NCBI GenBank assembly: GCA_947258885.1 | Contig: CAMYKD010000018.1 | Location: 27,150-91,149 of the forward strand | DNA: 64,000 nt | Source of the DNA: an uncultured Kiloniellales bacterium | Lineage (GTDB): Bacteria; Pseudomonadota; Alphaproteobacteria; Kiloniellales; JAKSDN01 | Direction: 5' to 3' | Part shown: positions 25,531 through 35,172 of the stretch, piece by piece | Layout of the letters: each line of letters opens with the position of its first letter | Numbering within the stretch: the first letter of the stretch is position 1 | The notes under the pieces: model-generated | The model's database searches: none | What the model saw: only the letters and a program-made list of their open reading frames with translations | Told to the model about the DNA's origin: nothing | Translations under genes and position numbers: made by a program

Positions 25531-26465
25531 CCAGCAGCGCGGCCGTCCCCCGGAGCCCGTCCCGGCGCTTGAAAACCTGGCTGCTGTCCGATTCGCCGGA
25601 ATCGGTCTTCCACGCCCGTTGCCAGCGGCTCTACCTCGGCTGGCGCGTCTTCAGCATAAACCCGATCGCCATGACCGGGCTGCTGATCATCGTCTCGCTG
25701 GTGCTGGCCGCCGCCCTGGCCCCACTCTTGACCCAGGGCGACGGTACCGAACAGGTCCTGTCGCGACGCCTGCTGCCGCCGGGTGCCGAGCACTGGTTCG
25801 GCACGGACGAGTTGGGCCGCGACATTTACGACCGGATCGTCTGGGGATCGCGCATCACGCTGTATATCGTCGGGCTCGTCGGCGTCCTCGTGGTGCCCAT
25901 CGGGCTCGTGATCGGCACCGTGGCCGGCTATGTCGGCGGCTGGGTCGACAACGTGCTCATGCGCTTCACCGATATCTTCCTCGCCTTTCCACGGCTCATT
26001 CTGGCGCTCGCCTTCGTTTCGGCGCTCGGCCCCGGCATCGAGAACGCGGTGCTGGCCATCGCGCTCACCACCTGGTCGCCCTATGCCCGCCTGGCCCGGG
26101 CCGAAACCATCACCATTCGCAACAGCGAGTACATCATGGCCGCCAAGCTGCAGGGCGCGTCGGGCTGGCGCATCCTCTACGGCCACATCGCGCCGCTCTG
26201 CATCTCCTCGGTGATCATCCGCCTGACCCTGGACATGGCTGGGATCATCCTGACCGCCGCGGGTCTGGGCTTCCTGGGCCTGGGCGCGCAGCCGCCGCTG
26301 CCCGAGTGGGGCGCCATGATCTCGACGGGGCGGCAATATCTCCTGGACCAATGGTGGGTGGCGACCGTGCCCGGCATCGCCATCTTCGTGGTCAGCCTGG
26401 GCTTCAACCTCCTGGGCGACGGGCTGCGCGACGTGCTCGACCCGAAAGGCGGGGGGACCGGATGA
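25527..26465 (+). CDS. ABC transporter permease (DppC/OppC-like)
   Basis: ATGA overlap with the upstream stop. Starts MTSSAAVPRSPSRRLKTW. Multi-TM. Confidence 0.8.
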   Translation: MTSSAAVPRSPSRRLKTWLLSDSPESVFHARCQRLYLGWRVFSINPIAMTGLLIIVSLVLAAALAPLLTQGDGTEQVLSRRLLPPGAEHWFGTDELGRDIYDRIVWGSRITLYIVGLVGVLVVPIGLVIGTVAGYVGGWVDNVLMRFTDIFLAFPRLILALAFVSALGPGIENAVLAIALTTWSPYARLARAETITIRNSEYIMAAKLQGASGWRILYGHIAPLCISSVIIRLTLDMAGIILTAAGLGFLGLGAQPPLPEWGAMISTGRQYLLDQWWVATVPGIAIFVVSLGFNLLGDGLRDVLDPKGGGTG

Positions 26466-27313
26466 CGGAAGGACCCCTGCTTGCGGTCGAGGATCTGCAC
26501 GTCGATTTCGCCACGCCCAAGGGGCTCGTGGAGGCGGTGCGCGGCGTCAGCTTCTCGCTCGGCCGCGAAAAGCTCGGCATCGTCGGCGAATCGGGCTCGG
26601 GCAAGTCGGTCACCGGCCGCGCGATCCTGCGCCTCGTGCGACCGCCCGGGCGGGTGCGCGCCGATCGTCTGGAATTCGACGGCATCGACCTGCTCTCGGC
26701 CAGCGAACGCGTCATGCGCGATATCCGCGGCGAGCGCATCTCCATGGTCATGCAGGACCCCAAGTTCTCGCTCAATCCGGTCATCACGGTCGGACGGCAG
26801 ATCGCCGAGGCCTACCGCATCCACGGCAAAGTGTCCCGGCGCGAGACCAAGCGCAAGGCGCTGGAGATGCTGAAAGCCGTGCGCATCCGCGATCCCGAGC
26901 GGGTCTATCACGCCTATCCGCATGAGGTCTCGGGCGGCATGGGTCAGCGCATCATGATCGCCATGATGCTGATCCCGGACCCGGATATCCTGATCGCGGA
27001 CGAGCCGACCTCCGCGCTCGACGTCACGGTGCAGCTTCAGGTGCTCGCCATCCTCGATGACCTGGTGACCCAGCGCGGCCTGGGCCTCATCTTCATCAGC
27101 CACGACCTCAGCCTCGTGGCCTCGTTCTGCGACCGGGTACTGATCATGTATGCCGGACGGGTTATGGAGATCTGCAACGCCAAGGAACTGGCCCAGGCCC
27201 GGCATCCCTATACCCGGGGACTGCTCAATTGCCTGCCGCAGGTCGACGCGGGGGGCAGGGTGGAGTTGCCGGTGCTCGACCGCGACCCGGCCTGGCTGGA
27301 GCACGGCCTTTGA
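26462..27313 (+). CDS. ABC transporter ATP-binding protein (DppD-like)
   Basis: ATGA overlap with the upstream stop. Starts MTEGPLLAVEDLHVDF. Walker A: GESGSGKS. Signature: VSGGMGQR. Walker B: ILIADEPTSALD. Confidence 0.85.
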   Translation: MTEGPLLAVEDLHVDFATPKGLVEAVRGVSFSLGREKLGIVGESGSGKSVTGRAILRLVRPPGRVRADRLEFDGIDLLSASERVMRDIRGERISMVMQDPKFSLNPVITVGRQIAEAYRIHGKVSRRETKRKALEMLKAVRIRDPERVYHAYPHEVSGGMGQRIMIAMMLIPDPDILIADEPTSALDVTVQLQVLAILDDLVTQRGLGLIFISHDLSLVASFCDRVLIMYAGRVMEICNAKELAQARHPYTRGLLNCLPQVDAGGRVELPVLDRDPAWLEHGL

Positions 27314-28095
27314 TCCAGGCCGAAAACCTCGACGTCACTTTCGGGCGCGGCAAGCATGCCGTCCATGCGGTGCGCAACGTTTCCTTCCAAGTGGCCGAAG
27401 GCGAGAGCTTCGGATTGGTAGGCGAGTCGGGCTCGGGCAAGTCGACGGTCGTGCGCGCGCTCTGCGGCCTCAACCCGAACTGGACCGGGCGCGTGACGAT
27501 TGCCGGGCGGATCATGGCGGCGCGGCGCGACAAGGCCTTCTTCAAACTGGTGCAGATGGTGTTCCAGGATCCCTACGGCTCGCTCCACCCGCGTCATACC
27601 GTCGACCGTATCCTATCCGAGCCCATCGCCATCCATCGTCTGGGCGAGGTCGACCGACGCGTGTCCCGGGCCTTGGACGAAGTGGGCCTGGGACCGTCGT
27701 TTCGCTACCGCTATCCGCATCAGCTCTCGGGCGGCCAGCGCCAAAGGGTCGCGGTGGCGCGCGCGCTGATCCTCGAGCCCAGGATTCTTCTGCTCGACGA
27801 ACCGACCTCGGCACTCGACGTCTCGGTGCAGGCCGAGGTGCTCAACCTGCTCCAGCGCCTGAAGCGCGAGCGGGAGCTGACCTACATCCTGGTCAGCCAC
27901 AACCTGGCCGTGGTCGCCCACATGTGCGCGCGCTTGGCGGTCATGAACCACGGCCGAATCGTCGAAGAGCTCTCCGTCGAGCAACTCAGGTCCGCCACGC
28001 CGAGCGAGCGCTACACGCAACAGCTCCTGACCGCCAGCCTCGGCTACGACCGTGCCGCGGTGGACAGGTTCGAGGACTTCGCCGCGGAAGCTTAA
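27310..28095 (+). CDS. ABC transporter ATP-binding protein (DppF-like)
   Basis: TTG 27310 overlaps the upstream TGA. Begins (M)IQAENLDVTFGRGKH. Walker A: GESGSGKS. Signature: LSGGQRQR. Walker B: ILLLDEPTSALD. Confidence 0.8.
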   Translation: MIQAENLDVTFGRGKHAVHAVRNVSFQVAEGESFGLVGESGSGKSTVVRALCGLNPNWTGRVTIAGRIMAARRDKAFFKLVQMVFQDPYGSLHPRHTVDRILSEPIAIHRLGEVDRRVSRALDEVGLGPSFRYRYPHQLSGGQRQRVAVARALILEPRILLLDEPTSALDVSVQAEVLNLLQRLKRERELTYILVSHNLAVVAHMCARLAVMNHGRIVEELSVEQLRSATPSERYTQQLLTASLGYDRAAVDRFEDFAAEA

Positions 28096-28118
28096 GCGCG
28101 CCGGTCGCCGCCCCGCGG

Positions 28119-28715
28119 CTACAGCCGAAATCGCGGCAGGAATCGCGGCACGCTGTTCCGGTAGCTCTTGTAGGCGGCACCGAAGCGCGCGACGAGCTCG
28201 CGCTCCTCGAAGATTGTGACGGCATAGATCGCCGGCCAATAGACGACCAGGAGCCCGTAGACCGCCAGGTAGTTGGTGAAGCAGGCCAAGGCCAGCAGGC
28301 CGAGCCCGCCGGCGGCGTAGCGCGGATGGCGGACCCGGGCGTAGATGCCCTCGGTCAGTAGCCTGCCGGGCGCCCGGCTTGGCACGAGTTCGGGCAGACC
28401 GATCAGGGTACCGATCGAGAGCTGTCGGCGGCACAGCACCTCGAGCACGATGGCGGCGAGGTAGGCGAGCGCGGCCGGCGGCCACAGCAAGGGCACCGTC
28501 CCGAACTCGACCGCGAGCAGTGGGCCGCGCAGCGCGAAGATCCCCGCGCCGATCAGGACCATGACGGCCGAGGCCGCACCGTAGGCGATCCCCGGCCCCA
28601 GCCGCCGCCACAGGCCCACGAAAGGATGGATCAGGAACCAGAAGGCCAGCAACGGCACGAAGCTCACCATGACGAAGAGCGCCAGGTAGTAGCGGACGGC
28701 CTCGAATATCGTCAT
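28119..28715 (-). CDS. isoprenylcysteine carboxyl methyltransferase (ICMT/PEMT)-family membrane methyltransferase
   Basis: Start at MTIFEAVRYYLALFVMVSF. C-terminal motif: GIYARVRHPRY...EERELVARFGAAYKSY. Confidence 0.7.
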   Translation of the reverse strand: MTIFEAVRYYLALFVMVSFVPLLAFWFLIHPFVGLWRRLGPGIAYGAASAVMVLIGAGIFALRGPLLAVEFGTVPLLWPPAALAYLAAIVLEVLCRRQLSIGTLIGLPELVPSRAPGRLLTEGIYARVRHPRYAAGGLGLLALACFTNYLAVYGLLVVYWPAIYAVTIFEERELVARFGAAYKSYRNSVPRFLPRFRL

Positions 28716-28896
28716 GACGGGCGCACTCCCCGCCTCGTCGGCCGCGGACCTTGCCGTCAGCTCGCCTCCACCTCGGGCGGCACATTGACGGGCGCGGGCG
28801 GCAGGCCGCTCCACAGCGCGTCGCTCCCCGTGGTGTGGGCGTTGTAGAGGAAGGTTTTCGAGAAACAGGTCGCCATGAGTCGCACCACGGGGCGCG

Positions 28897-29277
28897 CTAC
28901 CGGGTCACCGCGCCGCCGGCCCGGACCCAGGCCTGGATGCCGCCGGCCATGTTGACCACGTTGTCGAATCCCATTTCGTCGAGGGTCTTGGCGGCCATGG
29001 CCGAGCGCGCGCCCGTGCCACAGAACAGGATCAGCCTCTTGCCGGAGGCGAAGGCCGAATTGTGCATCGGACCCTGGGGGTCGGCGATGAACTCGATGAA
29101 GCCGCGCGGCGCGTGGACCGAATCCGGGATCGTGCCCTTGGCCCGTTCCTCGGGCTCCCGCACGTCGACGAAGACCACCTCGCCGCCGCCGTGCAGGTCG
29201 ACGGCATCGTGCACGGCGATCACGTCGACCACCGCGTTGGCCTCGGCCAGCAGGTCCTTGAAGCCCTTGGTCAGCAT
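28897..29277 (-). CDS. rhodanese-like sulfurtransferase domain protein
   Basis: Start at MLTKGFKDLL. Active-site loop: ILFCGTGARS. Single rhodanese domain. Confidence 0.8.
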   Translation of the reverse strand: MLTKGFKDLLAEANAVVDVIAVHDAVDLHGGGEVVFVDVREPEERAKGTIPDSVHAPRGFIEFIADPQGPMHNSAFASGKRLILFCGTGARSAMAAKTLDEMGFDNVVNMAGGIQAWVRAGGAVTR

Positions 29278-29361
29278 GCTTTCCTTTCCCCTCCGCAACG
29301 CCGCAGCCGGTCCCCTTGCCCGGGCCACCGATGTTACAGATAGGATTCCGCGGCGCGGTTG

Positions 29362-30177
29362 CTAGAGGGTGGCGCCCGGACTGGCCAGGGCGTATTGGCT
29401 CAGCTGCTCGGTGATGTAATCGAAGGCCTCGTCGACAGAATCGGTGCGGAAGAACAGCTCGGTGTCCTCGGGGGAGATCGTGCCGTAGCGCTCCAGGGCC
29501 TCCAGGTTGATGACCTCGGCCCAGTACTTGCTGCCGAACAGGATGATCGGCATGTGCTTCTTGATCTTTTCGGTCTGCACCAGGGTGAGCAGCTCGAACA
29601 GTTCGTCCAGCGTGCCGAAACCGCCCGGCATGACCACGACCGCCTTGGCCAGGTAGGCGAACCAGAACTTGCGCATGAAGAAGTAGTGGAACGCGAAGCT
29701 CAGCTCGCGGGTGATCGAGGCGTCGCCGGACTGCTCGAAGGGCAGCGAGATGCCGAGTCCGATGTTGACGCCCTTGGCCTCGGAGGCGCCCCGGTTGGCC
29801 GCCTGCATGATGCCCGGCCCACCACCGCTGCACACGACGAAGCGCCGGTCCGTCTGGTCCAGTCCCTTGGACCAATCCGTCAGCCGCCGGGCCAACTCGC
29901 GGGTGGCCTCGTAGTAGGCCGAAAGCTCGTAGCGCATCTCGGCCCGCTTCAGGTCGCCGCCCGCCGCCTTCGCTGCCTCCAGTTCCTTTTCGGCCTCTTC
30001 GCGCGCCACGATCCTGGCCGAGCCGAAGAAGACGATCGTGTCGTCGATCCTGTAGTGCTCGAAACGGGCACGAGGCTCCAGATACTCGGCCAGAATGCGC
30101 AGCGGCCGCGCGTCGGCGCTGCTCAAAAAGTGTTGGCTCTTGTAAGCCTTCAAGATGTCGTGGGGTTTATCGTTCAT
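29362..30177 (-). CDS. LOG-family (TIGR00730-type) nucleotide/nucleoside 5'-monophosphate nucleosidase
   Basis: Start at MNDKPHDILKAY (ATG 30177). Motifs: GGGPGIMQAANRGA and PGGFGTLDELFE. Confidence 0.8.
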   Translation of the reverse strand: MNDKPHDILKAYKSQHFLSSADARPLRILAEYLEPRARFEHYRIDDTIVFFGSARIVAREEAEKELEAAKAAGGDLKRAEMRYELSAYYEATRELARRLTDWSKGLDQTDRRFVVCSGGGPGIMQAANRGASEAKGVNIGLGISLPFEQSGDASITRELSFAFHYFFMRKFWFAYLAKAVVVMPGGFGTLDELFELLTLVQTEKIKKHMPIILFGSKYWAEVINLEALERYGTISPEDTELFFRTDSVDEAFDYITEQLSQYALASPGATL

Positions 30178-30492
30178 CGCAGCCTGTGGTCCGTCGTTCG
30201 CCGCACATGGTGCGCGCCGCGTCCGGCTACCATAGGCTGCCGCCGTCATGAACGGCAATGGCCGGCGAGCATCGACAAAGCGCGAAAAGGCCGAGCTCAG
30301 ACGAATTGGGCCCCGCCCAGGGAAGGAAAGGCGGGGCCCTAACACGCAAAGGAGGCCCAAGGGCAATGAGTTGTCAACCCTTGGAAACACCACCATAGCT
30401 CCCATTTCCTTACAGAATCCTAATTTGTCGAAATAGAATTCGGGACTGCGGCAACCGCTCCGCAGTCGAGGGTGGGGGACGGGGATGGACGC

Positions 30493-30684
30493 ATGGTCGA
30501 GGTCATGATCGAACGGTGGACGAACGCGGACGGCAGCACCGATCACCTCTGGTCGCTGTGGCGCGACGGCGATCGTCTCCAGTTCGGCCGCAAGCACGAG
30601 ACGTGCGAGGCGGCGGAGGCCGAGGCGCTGGAGTTCTGCCACCGCTCGCTCGGGGTCCAGCCCGACCGGGTGACCCACCTGTGA
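30493..30684 (+). CDS. small hypothetical protein translationally coupled to the rhomboid gene
   Basis: 63 aa (MVEVMIERWTNADGSTDHLWSLWRDGDRLQFGRKHETCEAAEAEALEFCHRSLGVQPDRVTHL). Its TGA overlaps the rhomboid GTG (GTGA). I recognise no family. Confidence 0.4.
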   Translation: MVEVMIERWTNADGSTDHLWSLWRDGDRLQFGRKHETCEAAEAEALEFCHRSLGVQPDRVTHL

Positions 30685-31355
30685 GCACCTCGGCACCGGG
30701 CGCGCCGATTCGCCGGCAACCGATCTTCAACGCGCCGCCGGGCACGCTGTGGACCTGCGGCGCCCTGGTGGTCAGCTATCTTCTGTTTCTCTTGGCCGGA
30801 CCGGTGTGGCGGCAGACGGCCCTCGACACCTTCGCTTTCGTTCCGGCACGATTCCTGGCGCGCTTCGCCGCGGGCGAACCCGGATCGTCGGCCCTGGATC
30901 TGCTGCCGTTGATCGGCCACGCGTTCCTGCACACCGACGCCCTGCACCTGCTGGTCAATACCGGCCTCTTGCTCGCTTTCGGTGCGGCCGTCGAGCGCCG
31001 GCTGGGCGTTTGGCGTTTCCTGATCCTCTTCGCCGCCGGCGCGGCAGCCGGCGCCCTGGCCGAGGCCCTGGCCGGCCACGCCGGTCCGGTTTATCTGATT
31101 GGCGCCTCGGGCGCGGTCTACGGCATGATGGCCGCGGCCATACCTATTCTGTTCCGTGCCGGCATACCCGGCCGGCGGCGTCGGGCGCTCGAGTTCATCG
31201 CCGTCATCATGGGGCTCAACGTGCTCGTGGCGATCATCGGCCTCGGCGATTTTCTGGCCGGCGCCGAGATCTCCTGGCGGGCTCATGTGGGCGGTTTCCT
31301 CGCCGGCCTGGTCTTGGGCTTCGCGCTCTCGCCTCGGCCGGCAGAGTCAAGCTGA
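30681..31355 (+). CDS. rhomboid-family intramembrane serine protease
   Basis: GTG 30681. Motifs: HAFLHTDALHLLVN, catalytic GASGAVYG, and AHVGGFLAGL (catalytic His). Multi-TM. Confidence 0.8.
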   Translation: MSTSAPGAPIRRQPIFNAPPGTLWTCGALVVSYLLFLLAGPVWRQTALDTFAFVPARFLARFAAGEPGSSALDLLPLIGHAFLHTDALHLLVNTGLLLAFGAAVERRLGVWRFLILFAAGAAAGALAEALAGHAGPVYLIGASGAVYGMMAAAIPILFRAGIPGRRRRALEFIAVIMGLNVLVAIIGLGDFLAGAEISWRAHVGGFLAGLVLGFALSPRPAESS

Positions 31356-31358
31356 GCC

Positions 31359-31709
31359 TCAAAAACCCAACAAACCGCCGCGCCGCGCCACGGTCAGCAG
31401 AACGAGCGCGACGACGCCGGCAGCGACCCCGGGCAGGACCTTGCGGCGCCAGCCGAAGAAGACCAGGAAGGCGATCGCCATGGCCGCCAGACGATCAGAC
31501 AGCGGCACCTCGGCCAGAATGCCCAGCGGCATGATCGTCATACGCGAGATCAGGCCGGCGAGCATGGCATAGGACACGCAGGTCACCCACCGGAAGACAG
31601 CGCCCTGCGGATCGATCCGCGTCGAGACGAGCACGCCCAGCCCGCGCCACAGATAGGTCGCCGCGATGGCGAGCAGCAAGAACGGCCAAGCCTCGAATCC
31701 GGCGGTCAT
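31359..31709 (-). CDS. azlD: AzlD-family branched-chain amino acid transport protein
   Basis: Start at MTAGFEAWPFLLLAIAATYLWR. ATGA overlap with the azlC stop. ~116 aa and hydrophobic. Confidence 0.75.
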   Translation of the reverse strand: MTAGFEAWPFLLLAIAATYLWRGLGVLVSTRIDPQGAVFRWVTCVSYAMLAGLISRMTIMPLGILAEVPLSDRLAAMAIAFLVFFGWRRKVLPGVAAGVVALVLLTVARRGGLLGF

Positions 31710-32425
31710 GGGCGGGCTCCCGACCGGGGGAGCCGCGCCAGCCAGAAGGCCGCGGTGCCGGCGATCACCCCGGTCGCCAAGAGGCCCCAGTCCGGCGAGA
31801 CCAAATGCAGGAGCGGCCCGACCACGGCGCCGATCAAGAGGGCGAAAGCCGTCGCCCTGTCCCGCGCGTCGGCAAATATGAGGGCGAAGAAAACGGGGTT
31901 GAGGAAAACCAGGCCGTAGGTGACCGGCTGCGGCAACGCGCCGGCCGCCAAATGCCCCGCGGCGGTCCCGATCAAGGCGGCCGTCATGCAGACCGTACCG
32001 AAGACTGCGAAATAGCGCCGCCGCTCGGCCCCGGGCAGGCCCGGGCAAACCCTGAGGCCGGCCGCCCAGGTGTTGACCGAGATGAACTGCACCAGCGCAT
32101 AGAGCCAGGCGCGCCGGGCCAAACCGGGCTGCAGCAGGGGCATGAACGAGACGGCCATGGGCAGGAAGCGCGCATTGGCCAGCGAGACGGCCATGACCAC
32201 AGCCACGATTTCACTGCCAGCGGCGTAGAGCTCGGCCAGCGCGATCTGTCCGGGCAGCCCCCAGATGCCGGCCGTGGCCAGCAACGCGATCTCGAGGCCG
32301 AGCGCGCTCTCGCGCGCCAGCGAGCCGAACCCGGTCATGCTGGCGAGCAGGACCAACGACGGCATGCCCAGCGCGTCGAGCACGGCGCGCCGGACGATGC
32401 CGCGTGACGCTGGCGTGTCGCTCAT
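31706..32425 (-). CDS. azlC: AzlC-family branched-chain amino acid transport permease
   Basis: 239 aa, multi-TM, with an AzlC-like N-terminus (GMPSLVLLASMTGFGSLARE). Confidence 0.8.
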   Translation of the reverse strand: MSDTPASRGIVRRAVLDALGMPSLVLLASMTGFGSLARESALGLEIALLATAGIWGLPGQIALAELYAAGSEIVAVVMAVSLANARFLPMAVSFMPLLQPGLARRAWLYALVQFISVNTWAAGLRVCPGLPGAERRRYFAVFGTVCMTAALIGTAAGHLAAGALPQPVTYGLVFLNPVFFALIFADARDRATAFALLIGAVVGPLLHLVSPDWGLLATGVIAGTAAFWLARLPRSGARP

Positions 32426-32470
32426 CGCCCGCCGCTTCCCCTCGCCGGGACGACGGCCGGGTTGTGGGGT

Positions 32471-33235
32471 TCAGAGCTCGTCGCCGACATTCGATTCGAG
32501 CGCCCGGCCGAGCTCCGAGGCGGCCGCGCGCAGGTCGGGCAGATAGCTCCGCGCCTGCGCCTCGTCCATGCGCGCCTGCGGGGCGTGAACCGCCAGAGCC
32601 GCGACCACCCGATCGCCGCTATCACGGATCGGCACGGCGATGCCGAGCAGCCCCAGCATGTATTCCTGCACGTTGATCGAGACCGCCTGCTCGCGGATCG
32701 ATTCCATCTGCTCCTCCAAGCGCTGCGGGTCCGTGACCGTGTGCGGGGTGTACGATTCGAGCGGTGCGCCGCCGAGCAACCGCCGCCGCGCCCGCGGCGC
32801 CATGTAGGCGAGGAGCAGCTTGCCGATCGCTGAGCAATGGGCCGGCAAGCGGCTGCCGGGCTGAAGCTGCAGGCGCAGCGGCCAATCGCATTCGACGCGG
32901 TCGAGGTAGATCACATCCCGGTCGTCGAGGATGCCGACGTTGCAGGTCTCGCCGATCCGCGCGACCAGCTTGCGCAGTACCTCGTGGGAGGCGCCGGTCC
33001 GCTGAGACGCCGAGAGCGCCGACAGCGAGAGCTGCTTGAGCCTGTGTCCGACCAGGTAGTGCTCGCGAAGCGGTTCGTGCAGCAGCAAGCCGTTCGTCTC
33101 GAGCTGACGCAGCACGCGGTGGGCGGTCTGCCGGGAGAGGCCCGTCTGGCTGGCCAGGTCCGACAAGCCGAGCGTGCGTGGACTGCCCGCCACCGCCTCG
33201 AGAAGCGCTATAGCCTTTTCAAGCGCCGATCCCAT
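32471..33235 (-). CDS. IclR-family transcriptional regulator
   Basis: Start at MGSALEKAIALLEAVAGSPRTLGLSDLASQTGLSRQTAHRVLRQLE (wHTH), followed by an IclR effector domain. Divergent from tctC. Confidence 0.85.
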   Translation of the reverse strand: MGSALEKAIALLEAVAGSPRTLGLSDLASQTGLSRQTAHRVLRQLETNGLLLHEPLREHYLVGHRLKQLSLSALSASQRTGASHEVLRKLVARIGETCNVGILDDRDVIYLDRVECDWPLRLQLQPGSRLPAHCSAIGKLLLAYMAPRARRRLLGGAPLESYTPHTVTDPQRLEEQMESIREQAVSINVQEYMLGLLGIAVPIRDSGDRVVAALAVHAPQARMDEAQARSYLPDLRAAASELGRALESNVGDEL

Positions 33236-33494
33236 CGCCCCTCCCGCGTGCGGTCCCGTGCCGCCTTCGGTGCCGGATTTCCTAACGTCAAGACAATACC
33301 TTACTGCAAAGCGGCGTGAGAACATCAAAAAAATTGACAGATTGTCCTGTTTTTTGCTTTCCAGTCGCTATGGCATTGATGTAAGGTCCTCCGCAAAAGG
33401 ATCGCGACTTCGGCCTGGACGTAGCCAAGGACAAGGCTATCGCAACAGGCTAGAGTACCGGCGAATAAAGAAACTCGGAACTTGGGAGGTTTTG

Positions 33495-34514
33495 ATGGTC
33501 ACCAGAAGAGACATTGGAAAACTATTCGCGGGCGCGCTTCTTGGGGCGACCCTGGCCCTGCCCGCCCTCGCGGCAGAGGACAAGCTGCCGGCCAGCATGG
33601 ACAAGCCGGGGGGCTTTCCGGAACGCCCGCTCAACATGATCGTGCCCTACGGTCCGGGCGGCGGCTCGGGCCAAGTGTCGCGTGCCATGATCCAGGCCTT
33701 CACCGAGTTGACGGGTGTCGGCGTCAACCCGGACTACAAGCCCGGCGGCAGCGGAATTGTCGGCCTGGGCAACTACATGGCTGCGCCCGCCGACGGCTAT
33801 ACCGTGCTCGAGCACATCGACGACGCCACCAGCGCCTACGTGTCCGGGTCCAGCGGCGTCAACCCGGCCAGCGACCTGGTGCCGTTGGTGATCTCGCAGA
33901 TCACCTTCAGCCAGATCTACATTCGCTCCGACGAGGACCGCTTCTCCGACTGGGCGACCTTCGTCGCCTGGGCGAAGGCGCAGGACGGCAAGGCGACCAT
34001 CGCCAACGTGTCGCGCGAGGGCTCCATGGAGCGGATCAACCTGAAGCTGGTGATGGACCACTTCGGATTCGATCTGCAACAGATCAGCTTCGACAAGGGC
34101 GGGCCGCGCTATGGCGCGCTCAAGGGCGGACAGGTGGACGCGCTGTTCGAGCAGCCGGGCGACGTGCGCGGCTTCCTGGACAGCGGCGATTTCAAGCCGA
34201 TCCTGACTCTCCTGAAGGAACGGCCGGCAGCCTTTGCCGAGGTCCCGGCGATGGGCGACGTCGGCTTGACCTTCGAGCCGCTGATGCGGTTCCGCGGCTT
34301 CTACGTCAAGAAGGGCGTCCCAGAGGACCGACTGGAATGGCTCCAGTGGGCCTTCCAGAAGGCCTACTTCCAGCCCAGCTATCAGGCCTACAACAAGACC
34401 AAGTTCATGGATCTGATCGACAGCTTCCGCGACACCGCGGGCGCCGTCGAACTGATCAATCAGACCGCCGAAGGCTACAAGGCCGTCTACAAGGAGATGG
34501 GTCTGATCAAGTAG
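33495..34514 (+). CDS. tctC: tripartite tricarboxylate transporter substrate-binding protein (TctC/Bug family)
   Basis: ATG 33495 (GGGAGG RBS). Tat/Sec-type signal: MVTRRDIGKLFAGALLGATLALPALA. Bug-family motif: IVPYGPGGGSG. Confidence 0.85.
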   Translation: MVTRRDIGKLFAGALLGATLALPALAAEDKLPASMDKPGGFPERPLNMIVPYGPGGGSGQVSRAMIQAFTELTGVGVNPDYKPGGSGIVGLGNYMAAPADGYTVLEHIDDATSAYVSGSSGVNPASDLVPLVISQITFSQIYIRSDEDRFSDWATFVAWAKAQDGKATIANVSREGSMERINLKLVMDHFGFDLQQISFDKGGPRYGALKGGQVDALFEQPGDVRGFLDSGDFKPILTLLKERPAAFAEVPAMGDVGLTFEPLMRFRGFYVKKGVPEDRLEWLQWAFQKAYFQPSYQAYNKTKFMDLIDSFRDTAGAVELINQTAEGYKAVYKEMGLIK

Positions 34515-34607
34515 GCCGGTCGGGCCTTTTGGGCCCGGCCCGAGGCTAGGGGGCCCGGCGCGGCGACACCCCGCCGGCCCCCGGACCGCAAAGGGGGACA
34601 ACGAAGC

Positions 34608-35141
34608 ATGGCCAGGCTATCCCGCAGCCAGATCCTCGAGGCCGCCTTCTGGATCGGCTTCGCGGCCCTGGCCTATGTCTTCAGCTATAACTTCGACCGC
34701 GAGATCGAGATCTACCGCTTCGGCGCCTCCGGCTGGCCGCGCGTGGTGATCCTGCTGATCGCCCTTGCCGCGGTCTGTCAGATCCTCCAGTCCCTGCGCG
34801 AAAGCCGCAGGAACGCCAGACGGGCCGTCGTGCAGATCACCGAGACGGTACCGGAACGCAAGCTGGAAGACAGCCTGCGGATCACCGCCGTGCTCGGTCT
34901 GCCGGTGCTCTATGCGGCGCTGCTCGACATCAGCGGGTTCTATTTCACCACGCCGATCTTCATAGCGGCCTATCTCTGGCTGAACGGCGAGCGTCGCCTC
35001 CCCTGGCTGATCGGCGTGCCGGTATTTATCTACGCCGTGCTGCTGACGGTTTTTACCAAGCTGCTCTACATCGGCCTGCCGACCGGCTACGTCCGGCCGT
35101 TCTACGATTTCAGCAACTGGCTGCTGGTGCTGATCAAATGA
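34608..35141 (+). CDS. tctB: tripartite tricarboxylate transporter small membrane subunit (TctB family)
   Basis: 177 aa with 4 predicted TM segments. Located between tctC and tctA. Confidence 0.75.
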   Translation: MARLSRSQILEAAFWIGFAALAYVFSYNFDREIEIYRFGASGWPRVVILLIALAAVCQILQSLRESRRNARRAVVQITETVPERKLEDSLRITAVLGLPVLYAALLDISGFYFTTPIFIAAYLWLNGERRLPWLIGVPVFIYAVLLTVFTKLLYIGLPTGYVRPFYDFSNWLLVLIK

Positions 35142-35172
35142 CGGCCGGCGGAACCTGACGAGACGGCCACGG

